This document shows, piece after piece, positions 12,784-21,408 of a stretch of DNA of 64,000 nt. Below the pieces are notes generated by a model that searched no databases, was not told the DNA's origin, and worked only from the letters and a program-made list of their open reading frames with translations. Location: assembly GCA_037445735.1 (NCBI GenBank), contig JBBIJY010000007.1:32001-96000 (forward strand), given 5' to 3'. A program made the translations under genes and the position numbers. Position 1 is the first letter of the stretch; every line of letters begins with the position of its first letter. Source of the stretch: Armatimonadota bacterium (lineage in GTDB: Bacteria; Armatimonadota; Fimbriimonadia; Fimbriimonadales; GBS-DC).

Positions 12784-14504
12784 TTCTCAACCTGCTCCTT
12801 GCCCTCCTTGACAGCAGGCGGGATCTTCGGCAGGCGCACATAGAAGGTGGAGCCGACACCGACCTCGCTCTCCACCCAGATTTGCCCGCCATGAATCACC
12901 TCCACCAGGTGCTTCACCAGATACAGCCCCAGACCCGTGCCATACTGCTTGCGCGTGTCGCTGGTGTCCACCCGATGGAACTTCTCGAACACCTTCGTCA
13001 GGTGTTCCTTCGGGATGCCCATGCCCTGGTCGGACACATAGAAGATAATATGGTCGGGGTCTTCCTCCCAGGCTTTGACGCGAATCTCGCCCCCGTTCGG
13101 CGAGTATTTGATGGCGTTGCTGAGCAGGTTGGTGAGAATCTGGTCGAGCTTGTCTTCATCGGCAATAATGCGCGGCAGGTCGGGCGGCACATCATGCACG
13201 ATTACATGCTTGTTGGTGGCTGCCCGCTGGATGGTGACCACCTTCTGCGACAGTTTGTAGAAGTCGACCTCTTTGTAGACGGGCTTGAGCGATTCGCCCG
13301 CCTCGATTCGGGCGATATTCAGCAGGTCGTTGATGAGGCGGGTGAGGCGGTCGGTCTCCTGATCGATAATGGTGTAGAACTCGCGCCGCTCTTCGGGGGA
13401 GAAGGCGTCTTCGGGATCCATCAGCAGGGTGGAGATGAAGCCCTTGATGGCGGTCAGCGGCGTGCGCAGCTCGTGGGAGACGGTCGCCACAAATGCCGAC
13501 TTCATCCGCTCCAGATTGCGAATCTCGGTGATGTCATTAAAGATCATCACCGTGCCCATCGGCTTCTGGTCTTCGCCGCGCACGATGGCGTTCTGCACCT
13601 GATAGATATGCTCCTTGCCATCGAGCTGCACGGTGAGTTCGATCAGTTCGCCCTCCCGCTCTTCTTCGATAGCGGCGCGGATCATGCTGCGGATGGTCTC
13701 GTTCGGGATAATTTCCTGATAGGGCTTGCCCAGCACATCGGGACCCAGCCCGAAGATGAAGCGGGCAGCAGCGTTCATCTGGTTGATGCGCCCGTTCTGG
13801 TTGACCAGCAGCAGCCCTGCGCGCAGGCTCTCGATGGTGTGAACCAGTTCCTCCTTTTCTTCGAGGATTGCCTGATAGAGTCGCATGCCCGCGATGACGG
13901 CGGCGGCGTTGCGTGCCATGCGCTCCAGCAGGCGCACATCTTCATCGATGAAATGTCCGCCGCGCATCTTGTTAAAGGCGTGTAGCACGCCAATTGTCTG
14001 GCGGTCGATGACACGGTTCTCTTCGTCGCGTTTTTCTAAAATCAGGGGCACGCACACGAGGTTGCGGATGTGGAACAGGGCGACATTCTCCTTGAGCGTG
14101 CGCGGGTCGCTGATGGCGTCATGCACGATAATCGGCTTGCCTTCACGGAACACTTCGCCGGAGACGCCCTGCGTGGCGCGCACGCGCAGCAGGCGCAATT
14201 CGTCGTCGCTGATGCCGTAGGCAGGCGGGTAGGCGCGCAGCTCGCCCTCCTCTGGATCGTAGAGCATAAAGACGACCTTCTCGGCTTGCAGGATGGCGCC
14301 GATCTGGCGCACCAGTCGGCGCAGCGTTGCCTCGTAGTTGGCGGGGCTGGCGACCTCCGCGGCGACCACATCGGGCGCGGCGCCACGCCCGCCGTTCCTC
14401 AACTGGCTCTCCAGTTCGCGCAATCGCGCCTGTGCCTGTTCACACTCCGTTTTGAGCTGGTTATATTGCTGCAATAGCTCCCGATAGGCTTGCTCCCAGT
14501 TCAT
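12780..14504 (-). CDS. Cytoplasmic GAF-PAS sensor histidine kinase
   Basis: Coiled coil, [35 protein letters not shown]. Confidence 0.92.
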   Translation of the reverse strand: MNWEQAYRELLQQYNQLKTECEQAQARLRELESQLRNGGRGAAPDVVAAEVASPANYEATLRRLVRQIGAILQAEKVVFMLYDPEEGELRAYPPAYGISDDELRLLRVRATQGVSGEVFREGKPIIVHDAISDPRTLKENVALFHIRNLVCVPLILEKRDEENRVIDRQTIGVLHAFNKMRGGHFIDEDVRLLERMARNAAAVIAGMRLYQAILEEKEELVHTIESLRAGLLLVNQNGRINQMNAAARFIFGLGPDVLGKPYQEIIPNETIRSMIRAAIEEEREGELIELTVQLDGKEHIYQVQNAIVRGEDQKPMGTVMIFNDITEIRNLERMKSAFVATVSHELRTPLTAIKGFISTLLMDPEDAFSPEERREFYTIIDQETDRLTRLINDLLNIARIEAGESLKPVYKEVDFYKLSQKVVTIQRAATNKHVIVHDVPPDLPRIIADEDKLDQILTNLLSNAIKYSPNGGEIRVKAWEEDPDHIIFYVSDQGMGIPKEHLTKVFEKFHRVDTSDTRKQYGTGLGLYLVKHLVEVIHGGQIWVESEVGVGSTFYVRLPKIPPAVKEGKEQVEK

Positions 14505-14601
14505 CGTTCGCCTCACTGTCGTTGGTCTGGAATGACTCACTCGGACACGGCTCTATTATAGCCCATTCAGGCGGGGTAATCGAACCCGCTGATGTGTCGA
14601 T

Positions 14602-15402
14602 TTAGACGGAGCTGGGGGGTGGCGTGTTCCCCCGCTGATCGGTGAGAAAGAGCGGACGGATGAGTTCGATGGGGATGGGGAACACGACGGTGGAGTTGCG
14701 TTCGCTGGCGATTTCGACAAGCGTCTGCAGGTAGCGCAGCTGGAGCGCAGCGGGCTGCTGGGCAATCCGCTCAGCTGCCTGCACCAGCCGCTCCGCCGCC
14801 TGATACTCACCCTCGGCGGCAATCACCTTCGCGCGGCGCTCGCGCTCGCTCTCCGCCTGCTTCGCCAGCGCCCGCTTCATCTCCTCCGGCAGAGTCACAT
14901 CGCGCACCTCCACGCTGGTGACCTTCACCCCGAACGCCTCCGTCTGCTCATCGATGATGCTCTGCAGCTGCTGATTGATTTTATCGCGCCGCGCCAGCAG
15001 GTCATCCAGCTCCGCCTGACCAATCACGCTGCGCAGGGTGGTCTGCGCAATCAGACTGGAAGTCTGGATATAATCGGTGATCTGCACCACCGCGTCTTTG
15101 GGGTTGACCACCTTGAAAAGCACCACCGCATCCACCGTGACCGACACATTATCTTTGGTCACGGCTTCCTGGCGCGGCACATTCATCGTGACGATGCGCG
15201 TGTCGACGATGCGGGCAACATCGATAATCGGGATGAGAAAGATCAGCCCGGGCCCTTTGACCGCCTGAAAGCGTCCCAGTCGCAGCACCACCGCGCGCTC
15301 CCACTCGGGCAGCACGCGCAGCGATGCCCGCAACAGCACAATCAAGAAGATGATGATCGCTACAATCACCGTCGCTGTCTGATTTTCCAGCAATCGTTCC
15401 AT
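14602..15402 (-). CDS. SPFH/stomatin (slipin) family protein
   Basis: RAVVLRLGR, TKDNV, QTTLRSVIG, LQLRYLQTL. Confidence 0.95.
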   Translation of the reverse strand: MERLLENQTATVIVAIIIFLIVLLRASLRVLPEWERAVVLRLGRFQAVKGPGLIFLIPIIDVARIVDTRIVTMNVPRQEAVTKDNVSVTVDAVVLFKVVNPKDAVVQITDYIQTSSLIAQTTLRSVIGQAELDDLLARRDKINQQLQSIIDEQTEAFGVKVTSVEVRDVTLPEEMKRALAKQAESERERRAKVIAAEGEYQAAERLVQAAERIAQQPAALQLRYLQTLVEIASERNSTVVFPIPIELIRPLFLTDQRGNTPPPSSV

Positions 15403-15518
15403 CGGTCCCTCTCCTGTCCCCGCACCACAGGGACGGTAGACAGTATACCCCCTGCAGGAACTCTTCGTGCGAGGGGGTATACTCTATCGGTTTCAACACT
15501 CGGAGGAGGTTCTGAACG

Positions 15519-16040
15519 ATGGCGGAATTGCTGGCGGCGCAGCTGGTGCGCGATATACCGAACTTTCCGGAGCCGGGCATCATCTTCAAGGACATCACGC
15601 CCGTGCTGAAGCATCCACAGGCGTTGCGGGAGGTGATTGATCTGATGACCGAGCATGCCCGCTCGCTGAAGCCCGATGTGGTGGCGGGCATCGAGTCGCG
15701 CGGCTTCGTGTTCGGGCTGCCGATAGCGGTCAATCTGGGACTGGGTTTTGTGCCTATCCGCAAGCTGGGCAAGTTGCCGGGCGAGAAAATCTCCGAAGAA
15801 TATGCGCTGGAGTATGGCACGAACACTGTCGAGATTCATGTGGATGCGATCGAGCCGGGTCAGCGCGTGGTGGTGGTGGATGACCTGCTGGCGACGGGCG
15901 GCACAGCAGCGGCATCGGCACGGCTCATTGAACGGCTTCAGGGCACTGTCGCGGGCTTCGTGTTCCTGATCGAACTCACCTTTCTTGGCGGGCGCAAGAA
16001 CCTGCGCGGCTACGATGTGCGCACGCTGATCCAGTATTGA
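15519..16040 (+). CDS. apt: Adenine phosphoribosyltransferase
   Basis: FKDITP, ESRGF, YALEYG, VDDLLATGGT. Confidence 0.97.
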   Translation: MAELLAAQLVRDIPNFPEPGIIFKDITPVLKHPQALREVIDLMTEHARSLKPDVVAGIESRGFVFGLPIAVNLGLGFVPIRKLGKLPGEKISEEYALEYGTNTVEIHVDAIEPGQRVVVVDDLLATGGTAAASARLIERLQGTVAGFVFLIELTFLGGRKNLRGYDVRTLIQY

Positions 16041-16043
16041 GCC

Positions 16044-17090
16044 ATGACCATTCGGGAGCGTCTGGAGCAACTGGAGCGCGAGCTGCTGGCGCCGTACGCT
16101 GCCCGAAGCGCCGAATCGCGCGGGCGCCCCGTCCCGGAGCCGCCCGACCCCGTGCGCACCGCCTTCCAGCGCGACCGCGACCGCATCATCCATTGCAAAG
16201 CCTTCCGACGCCTCAAGCACAAAACACAGGTGTTTTTGGACCCTGAAGAGGACCACTACCGCACACGCCTGACCCACACGCTGGAAGTGGCACAAATCGC
16301 CCGCACCATCAGTCGCGCCCTGCGCCTGAACGAGGACCTCACCGAAGCCATCGCGCTGGCGCACGACCTGGGACACCCGCCCTTCGGACATACGGGCGAG
16401 GAAGCGCTCGACGAAATCGTGCGCCGCTACCTGCCCGAGCGCCGATTCCGCCACTACGAGCAGAGCCTGCGCGTGGTCGATGTGCTGGAAAAAGAGGGGC
16501 AGGGTCTGAACCTCACCCACGAGGTGCGCGAGGGCATCGTGGGACACTCCAAAGGGCGGGCGGATCTGAGCCACGCCGAAAGCGAGAAGACCACCACCCT
16601 CGAAGCGACCGTCGTGCGCATCGCCGACCGAATCGCTTACCTCAATCACGATCTGGACGACGGCATGCGCGCTGGACTGCTCACACCCGACGACCTGCCG
16701 CGCGACTTAATCGACTTTCTGGGTCAGACGCACAGTCAACGCATCGCCCGCATGGTGATGGATGTGGTCGAACAGAGCGACGGCAAGCCGGTTGTCCAGC
16801 TCAGCGCCGCCATGCTGGAGGCGATGAACCGCATGAAGGAGTTCATGTTTGAGAACCTCTATCACCATCCGCGCGTGACGGCTGAGCGGGAGAAGATGCG
16901 CACCATGATTCAGCAGCTATTCACCTACTATCTGGATCATCCCGACGCTCTGCCCGCCAACTTCCGCCCCGCCGAGCCGACGCTCGAAGCGCTGGTGCAG
17001 GCGGTGTGCGACTACATCGCCGGCATGACCGATCGCTACGCCATCCAGCGCTACATCCAGCTCTTCCTGCCCCGCAACTGGGGTGGATAG
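16044..17090 (+). CDS. dgt: dGTP triphosphohydrolase-like protein
   Basis: FQRDRDRI, RLKHKTQV, RTRLTH, HDLGHPPFGH, DYIAGMTD. Confidence 0.93.
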   Translation: MTIRERLEQLERELLAPYAARSAESRGRPVPEPPDPVRTAFQRDRDRIIHCKAFRRLKHKTQVFLDPEEDHYRTRLTHTLEVAQIARTISRALRLNEDLTEAIALAHDLGHPPFGHTGEEALDEIVRRYLPERRFRHYEQSLRVVDVLEKEGQGLNLTHEVREGIVGHSKGRADLSHAESEKTTTLEATVVRIADRIAYLNHDLDDGMRAGLLTPDDLPRDLIDFLGQTHSQRIARMVMDVVEQSDGKPVVQLSAAMLEAMNRMKEFMFENLYHHPRVTAEREKMRTMIQQLFTYYLDHPDALPANFRPAEPTLEALVQAVCDYIAGMTDRYAIQRYIQLFLPRNWGG

Positions 17091-17108
17091 GGGGTACCTT
17101 CTATCACG

Positions 17109-17891
17109 ATGAGAGGCTCCAGCAAACCCCAAAAGTGGGCGGAACTTATTGAGGCAATTATGCAGGCGAATGATGGCGTTGCCTCGCTGGAGCAACTTTA
17201 TCAACAGGCTCCGCGCTATCGCCGTTCAATACCCGCAGGCGACTGGCAAAAGACGCTGCGGGGTGTGCTGTATCGCGAGGTGCGGCGTGGGCGGTTCGTG
17301 AAGGTCGGTCTGGGAGTCTACGCGCTGCCCGACCACGCCATCGATGACAGCACTGCCTACGCCCACGCGCTCAAAGGCAGAAGCGCCGATGCCTATCTGA
17401 GCCAGATTAGGAATAAGGATATCCACAGCGCGATGGAGGGCATGCTCATCGAAATCGGCAACTACCTGGAGTATCAGACCTACACGAGCGACCGCAATCG
17501 CTCTTTTGATGGCAAACGGTTAGGTGATCTGTGCCATCTCCAGGAGGTTCCGCCGTTCACCTATCCAGAACTGCAGCAAAAGGCGGCACGCTGCGATGTC
17601 ATCTGGTTCGGTCGCGGGCAGAGACCCTTTCCCAAGTTCATTTATGAGGTGGAAGCCACTACCAGCTTTGTCAACTCGATGCATAAGATGTATCAGCTGA
17701 GGGACATCGACACGCGCTTTGTGCTGGTTGCACCGGAAAGCAGGCGTGCCCAGTTTGAGCAGCGCCTGCAGGATGAGCCTTTTGCCGAAGTGCGCCATCG
17801 ATATGCCTTTCGCTCCTTTGAGCAGGTAGCACGGTTTTACTTCAACTGCGTGGAGCATTATGAGCTGCGCTGGCGCTTTCTGACCGAGTAG
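17109..17891 (+). CDS. Putative restriction-endonuclease-like protein (N-terminal wHTH + PD-(D/E)xK-like domain)
   Basis: GVASLEQLY..FVKVGLGVYAL wHTH-like; CDVIWF..YEVEATT catalytic-like motif. Confidence 0.65.
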   Translation: MRGSSKPQKWAELIEAIMQANDGVASLEQLYQQAPRYRRSIPAGDWQKTLRGVLYREVRRGRFVKVGLGVYALPDHAIDDSTAYAHALKGRSADAYLSQIRNKDIHSAMEGMLIEIGNYLEYQTYTSDRNRSFDGKRLGDLCHLQEVPPFTYPELQQKAARCDVIWFGRGQRPFPKFIYEVEATTSFVNSMHKMYQLRDIDTRFVLVAPESRRAQFEQRLQDEPFAEVRHRYAFRSFEQVARFYFNCVEHYELRWRFLTE

Positions 17892-17916
17892 CGGCGCTCT
17901 GGCAATCTGGGCTTGA

Positions 17917-17926
17917 TGCCGATAAT
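17917..17926 (+). promoter_or_regulatory. sigma28-type -10 box upstream of yhbH/yeaH
   Basis: TGCCGATAAT; weak -35. Confidence 0.45.
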
Positions 17927-17989
17927 CGTTGCAAGGAGCGGTGAAACCTTCGGCGGCTCGAAGGGGTACTCTTTAATGGGGGCGTTAAT

Positions 17990-19162
17990 ATGCAAGAGCG
18001 CACACAGGGCTTCTGGCTGTCGACCGACTCGTGGGATTTGCACCGTCGCGCCGAGAAGGATCGGCTGCGCCATAACGAGAAGGTCAAAGAGGTCATCCGC
18101 GAGAATCTGGGCGAGATCATTGCCCAGCAGGACATCATCACGGCGGAAGACGGCAAAATCATCAAAATCCCGATTCGGGGGCTGGAGCTGCCCCACATTC
18201 GGTTCGACCCGCACGGCAAGAAGGGCGTCGGGCAGGGTCAGGGCGGCAGTCAGCCTGGCGATGTGATCGGGCGGTCAGGTCAGCCCGGGCAGGGCGCAGG
18301 CAAGCAGGCGGGCACGGAACCAGGTGTCGACTTCTACGAAGCCGAGTTCACCATCGAAGAGCTGGTGCAGCTGGTGTTCGAAGACCTGCACCTGCCCAAC
18401 CTGCGCGAGAAGGGCACCAAAGATATTCTGGCGGATCAGGTGCGGTTCGATACCATTGCGCGGCGCGGTCCCGCTGCCAATCTCGACCGCAAGCGCACGC
18501 TGATTGAAGCCTGGAAACGCAACGCGCGCGAAGGACGCCCCGGCTGGGAGATCCGTGAGGAAGATAAACGCTTCAAAAGCTGGGAGATTGTGCCTGAAAA
18601 GCAGCGCAACGCGGTGGTGATCGCCATGCGCGATGTGTCGGGCAGTATGGGCGAGTTCGAAGCCTACATCGCCCGCAGCTTCTACTACTGGATGGTACGC
18701 TTCCTGCGTACCAAGTACACCGCCACCGAAATTGTGTTCATCACCTGCCACACGGAGGCAACAGAGGTGGACGAACACGCCTTCTTCGCAGCGGGCGATT
18801 CGGGTGGCACGCGCCTCTCTGCCGCCTACAAACTCGCGCTCGACATCATCGAAAAGCGCTACAACCCGCGCGAGTGGAACATCTACCCCTTTATGTTCTC
18901 TGACGGCTACAACTGGGGCGACCACGAGGTGGTGGAGTATATGCGCCGCCTGGTGGAGTACTCGAATCTTGTCGGCTACGGCGAGATTGCCAACGACCTG
19001 TGGGGTCAGTCGGGCGGGCTGGCACCGCTGGGACAGTCGCTCACCGAAGCGTTTGGCGACGACCCGCGCGTGGTCATCGTCAAAATCACCTCTAAAGAGG
19101 ATGTGTGGCCTGCGCTCAAACGCTTCTTCAGCAAGCACCCGGAGGTGGAAGCGTTGCAGTAG
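17990..19162 (+). CDS. DUF444 (YeaH/YhbH) family vWA protein
   Basis: DRLRHNEKVKE, DVSGSMG, SGGT, WNIYPF.FSDG. Confidence 0.92.
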   Translation: MQERTQGFWLSTDSWDLHRRAEKDRLRHNEKVKEVIRENLGEIIAQQDIITAEDGKIIKIPIRGLELPHIRFDPHGKKGVGQGQGGSQPGDVIGRSGQPGQGAGKQAGTEPGVDFYEAEFTIEELVQLVFEDLHLPNLREKGTKDILADQVRFDTIARRGPAANLDRKRTLIEAWKRNAREGRPGWEIREEDKRFKSWEIVPEKQRNAVVIAMRDVSGSMGEFEAYIARSFYYWMVRFLRTKYTATEIVFITCHTEATEVDEHAFFAAGDSGGTRLSAAYKLALDIIEKRYNPREWNIYPFMFSDGYNWGDHEVVEYMRRLVEYSNLVGYGEIANDLWGQSGGLAPLGQSLTEAFGDDPRVVIVKITSKEDVWPALKRFFSKHPEVEALQ

Positions 19163-19185
19163 GCGCAGGCAACGGCGTTCACCTC

Positions 19186-19217
19186 TTGACAAAAGGGTAT
19201 CGGCAGTAGGGTATACT
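19186..19217 (+). promoter_or_regulatory. Housekeeping promoter of the tRNA cluster
   Basis: GGGTATACT -10 about 11 nt before tRNA-Arg; TTGACA upstream but at 20-nt spacing. Confidence 0.6.
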
Positions 19218-19228
19218 ATTAGCGTCGC

Positions 19229-19304
19229 GCGCCCGTAGCTCAGAGGATAGAGCGCAAGGTTGCGGACCTTGAGGACGGGGGTTCGAGTCCCTCCGGGCGC
19301 GCCA
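19229..19304 (+). tRNA. tRNA-Arg(GCG)
   Basis: Cloverleaf GCGCCCG/CGGGCGC; anticodon arm CAAGG-TT GCG GA-CCTTG; TTCGA; encoded CCA. Confidence 0.95.
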
Positions 19305-19311
19305 GCCGTGC

Positions 19312-19387
19312 GCCCTCGTAGCTCAGTGGATAGAGCGCCTCCGTCCTAAGGAGGGCGTCGGGGGTTCGAATCCCTCCGAGGGCGCCA
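19312..19387 (+). tRNA. tRNA-Arg(CCT)
   Basis: GCCCTCG/CGAGGGC; CCTCC-GT CCT AA-GGAGG; CCA. Confidence 0.93.
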
Positions 19388-19402
19388 GAACCCACCTCAT
19401 AG

Positions 19403-19495
19403 GGAGAGGTGCCGGAGCGGTTGAACGGGCCCGACTCGAAATCGGGAATCCTCCCACAAGGGGGATCGTGGGTTCGAATCCCACCCTCTCCGCCA
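19403..19495 (+). tRNA. tRNA-Ser(CGA)
   Basis: GGAGAGG/CCTCTCC; CCCGA-CT CGA AA-TCGGG; long variable arm; CCA. Confidence 0.95.
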
Positions 19496-20092
19496 TCAAA
19501 CAGGCTCCTGAACCGCAAATATCTGAGCGGGCGCCAACGCCAGATTGGAGAATATACGCGAGGGGATTGCCTCATCCCCTTTGACGGGCTTTTGCCAGTC
19601 CCAGCCCTGTTCACCCCGAAGCAGAACCATTACCTGCGGTGGATTCAGCATCACCAGCCAGGCTTCGCGAACCCCGATGCGGTAATGGTCGTCCAGCTTC
19701 TCCATCAGGTAGGCGAAGGCCTCGTTCGGTGCGACCACCTCCACCACCAGATCAGGTGGAACCTCCAGCCGATTGGTGGCGAGCAGGCTCTCTGGCGTTC
19801 CCAGCCGCTCCCAGCTCACAAATAACAGATCTGGCTGACGGATTTTGAGCGGTTCTGTTTGAATCACCACATCAAAAGGCGCTATGAGGGCAACTCCGAG
19901 TTGGGTGAGATGCTCCACTTTCTCAAACAGCAGGCGATAGAGCCTGCCCAGCACCAGCTGATACTCCGCCGTCGGACCTGGAAACGCGATCACCTCGCCC
20001 TCAACGATTTCCTGGCGCTGCATCGATTCGGGCAGCTGCCGATACTGCTCCCATGTTAGCCGCTGTTTATCGAGTGGCTTTGCAACCGCCAT
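19496..20092 (-). CDS. Uma2 (DUF820) family endonuclease
   Basis: EIVEGE, QPDLLFV, PDLVVEV, Y..IGVREAWLV. Confidence 0.9.
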   Translation of the reverse strand: MAVAKPLDKQRLTWEQYRQLPESMQRQEIVEGEVIAFPGPTAEYQLVLGRLYRLLFEKVEHLTQLGVALIAPFDVVIQTEPLKIRQPDLLFVSWERLGTPESLLATNRLEVPPDLVVEVVAPNEAFAYLMEKLDDHYRIGVREAWLVMLNPPQVMVLLRGEQGWDWQKPVKGDEAIPSRIFSNLALAPAQIFAVQEPV

Positions 20093-20168
20093 ACCGATCG
20101 CCTCTCAACAAAGGATAGCATACTGGCTTGCTACTGCCAGCGTCAGGTATCTTTTAGAGAGCCGAGCG

Positions 20169-20990
20169 ATGCAATGGACTGATACACATTGCCATCTCAA
20201 TCACGAGCAGCTGTTTTCGGAGTGGGAGGCGGTTCTTTTTCGTGCGCAGCAGTTGGGCGTGGCGCGACTGATCGTGATTGGTTACGACCTGCCCAGCAGT
20301 GAGCGCGCCGTCCAGCTTGCCGGGCGGTCGCCCGCGCTGTGGGCAGCGGTCGGCATCCATCCGCACGACGCGCCTGCCTGCACGCCCGACGCCCTCGAAC
20401 GGCTGCGCGCGCTGAGTCAGCACCCGCGCGTGGTCGCAATCGGGGAAATCGGGCTCGATTTTTACCGTGATTGGTCGCCCCGCGAGGCACAATACGAGGC
20501 GCTTCACGCGCAACTGACGCTGGCGCAGGAGCACGGGCTGCCCGTGATCATTCACTGCCGTGAGGCGTATGACCCGCTGCTGCAGGTGCTGTCGGAATAT
20601 CCGCCGGTGCGCGGCGTGTTGCACTGCTTTTCGGGCACGGCGGCGCATGCCGAACGCGCGCTAACGATGGGCTACTATCTGGGTATCGGCGGCGTGATCA
20701 CCTTCAAAAACGCCGAGTCGCTGCGAGCGATTGCGCGCTCCATGCCGCGCGACCGCCTGCTGTTAGAAACCGATGCGCCCTATCTGGCGCCCCATCCCTA
20801 TCGGGGCAAGCGCAACGAACCCGCCTACCTGCCCCTGATTGCCCACCGTGTCGCGGAACTCTGGAGCATGCCGCTGGACGAGTTGTCGACGCAGACCGAG
20901 GCGAATGTGGACGCCTTTCTCTCAAAAACCCCCCTGAAAATTTCGGGGCAACCTGCCGATAATCGAGAGTGGCGACAGGGTACAGGTTGA
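20169..20990 (+). CDS. tatD: TatD family nuclease
   Basis: DTHCH, GIHPH, GEIGLD, IHCRE, HCF, ETDAPYL. Confidence 0.95.
   Translation: MQWTDTHCHLNHEQLFSEWEAVLFRAQQLGVARLIVIGYDLPSSERAVQLAGRSPALWAAVGIHPHDAPACTPDALERLRALSQHPRVVAIGEIGLDFYRDWSPREAQYEALHAQLTLAQEHGLPVIIHCREAYDPLLQVLSEYPPVRGVLHCFSGTAAHAERALTMGYYLGIGGVITFKNAESLRAIARSMPRDRLLLETDAPYLAPHPYRGKRNEPAYLPLIAHRVAELWSMPLDELSTQTEANVDAFLSKTPLKISGQPADNREWRQGTG
20935..20963 (+). promoter_or_regulatory. sigma28-type promoter inside the tatD 3' end
   Basis: TGAA-N16-GCCGATAAT, same geometry as the fliM promoter. Confidence 0.65.
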
Positions 20991-21074
20991 CCAGAGAACC
21001 TCCTGCTAAACTTGGTCGCACCTCCCCTACCCCGGAGAGAGGCGGGCTCCTCCCCACCCGCCTCTCACTTTTTT
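20969..21074 (+). ncRNA. Putative sigma28-dependent sRNA with anti-SD CCUCC loops
   Basis: Own promoter; hairpin GACCAG/TTGGTC; 10-bp terminator plus U-tract; three CCTCC motifs. Confidence 0.55.
21037..21074 (+). terminator. Intrinsic terminator
   Basis: GAGAGGCGGG-loop-CCCGCCTCTC followed by ACTTTTTT. Confidence 0.85.
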
Positions 21075-21076
21075 AT

Positions 21077-21111
21077 AAAAAGCCCCCTGCGGAAAAGCGT
21101 CCCGCAGGGGG
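21077..21111 (-). terminator. Intrinsic terminator, minus strand (back-to-back with the previous one)
   Basis: Minus strand CCCCCTGCGG-loop-CCGCAGGGGG-CTTTTT. Confidence 0.8.
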
Positions 21112-21243
21112 TGTGTGGCGGTGGCGCTGGACGGTGCTGATGAGAGCCGTTTCAACTACTCCGCCACCGCGGTTGCCACTCGCCATCTCGGGGCTTGACC
21201 CCGCTGCTGAGGGTATCGTGCCACTTTCGCCCGCCCGGCACTT
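21077..21243 (-). ncRNA. Putative structured ncRNA, family not recognised
   Basis: Hairpins GTGCC/GGCAC, CGGGG/CCCCG, GCGGTGGCG/CGCCACCGC; own terminator; no convincing ORF. Confidence 0.45.
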
Positions 21244-21317
21244 CTATACTCTTACGGGGATTGGCAAAAAACCGTATTCTTTGGGGGCAGGCGCGGAGCG
21301 GGTATAATCGGAACCGA

Positions 21318-21391
21318 TGCCGGGTCGTCTAAGGGCAGGACGCGGGACTTTGGATCCCGTAGTGGTGGTTCGAATCCACCCCCGGCAGCCA
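21318..21391 (+). tRNA. tRNA-Gln(TTG)
   Basis: TGCCGGG/CCCGGCA; loop CT TTG GA; CCA; GGTATAAT upstream. Confidence 0.95.
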
Positions 21392-21408
21392 GTGTGTGAG
21401 GTGTCAGC

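Noticed and set aside
19403-20092. Uma2 gene abutting the tRNA-Ser 3' end as an integrated element
   Set aside because: No integrase and no duplicated tRNA 3' end (att site) seen
21137-21170. CTGATGAG suggesting a hammerhead ribozyme
   Set aside because: No GAAA after stem II and no stem III or cleavage triplet
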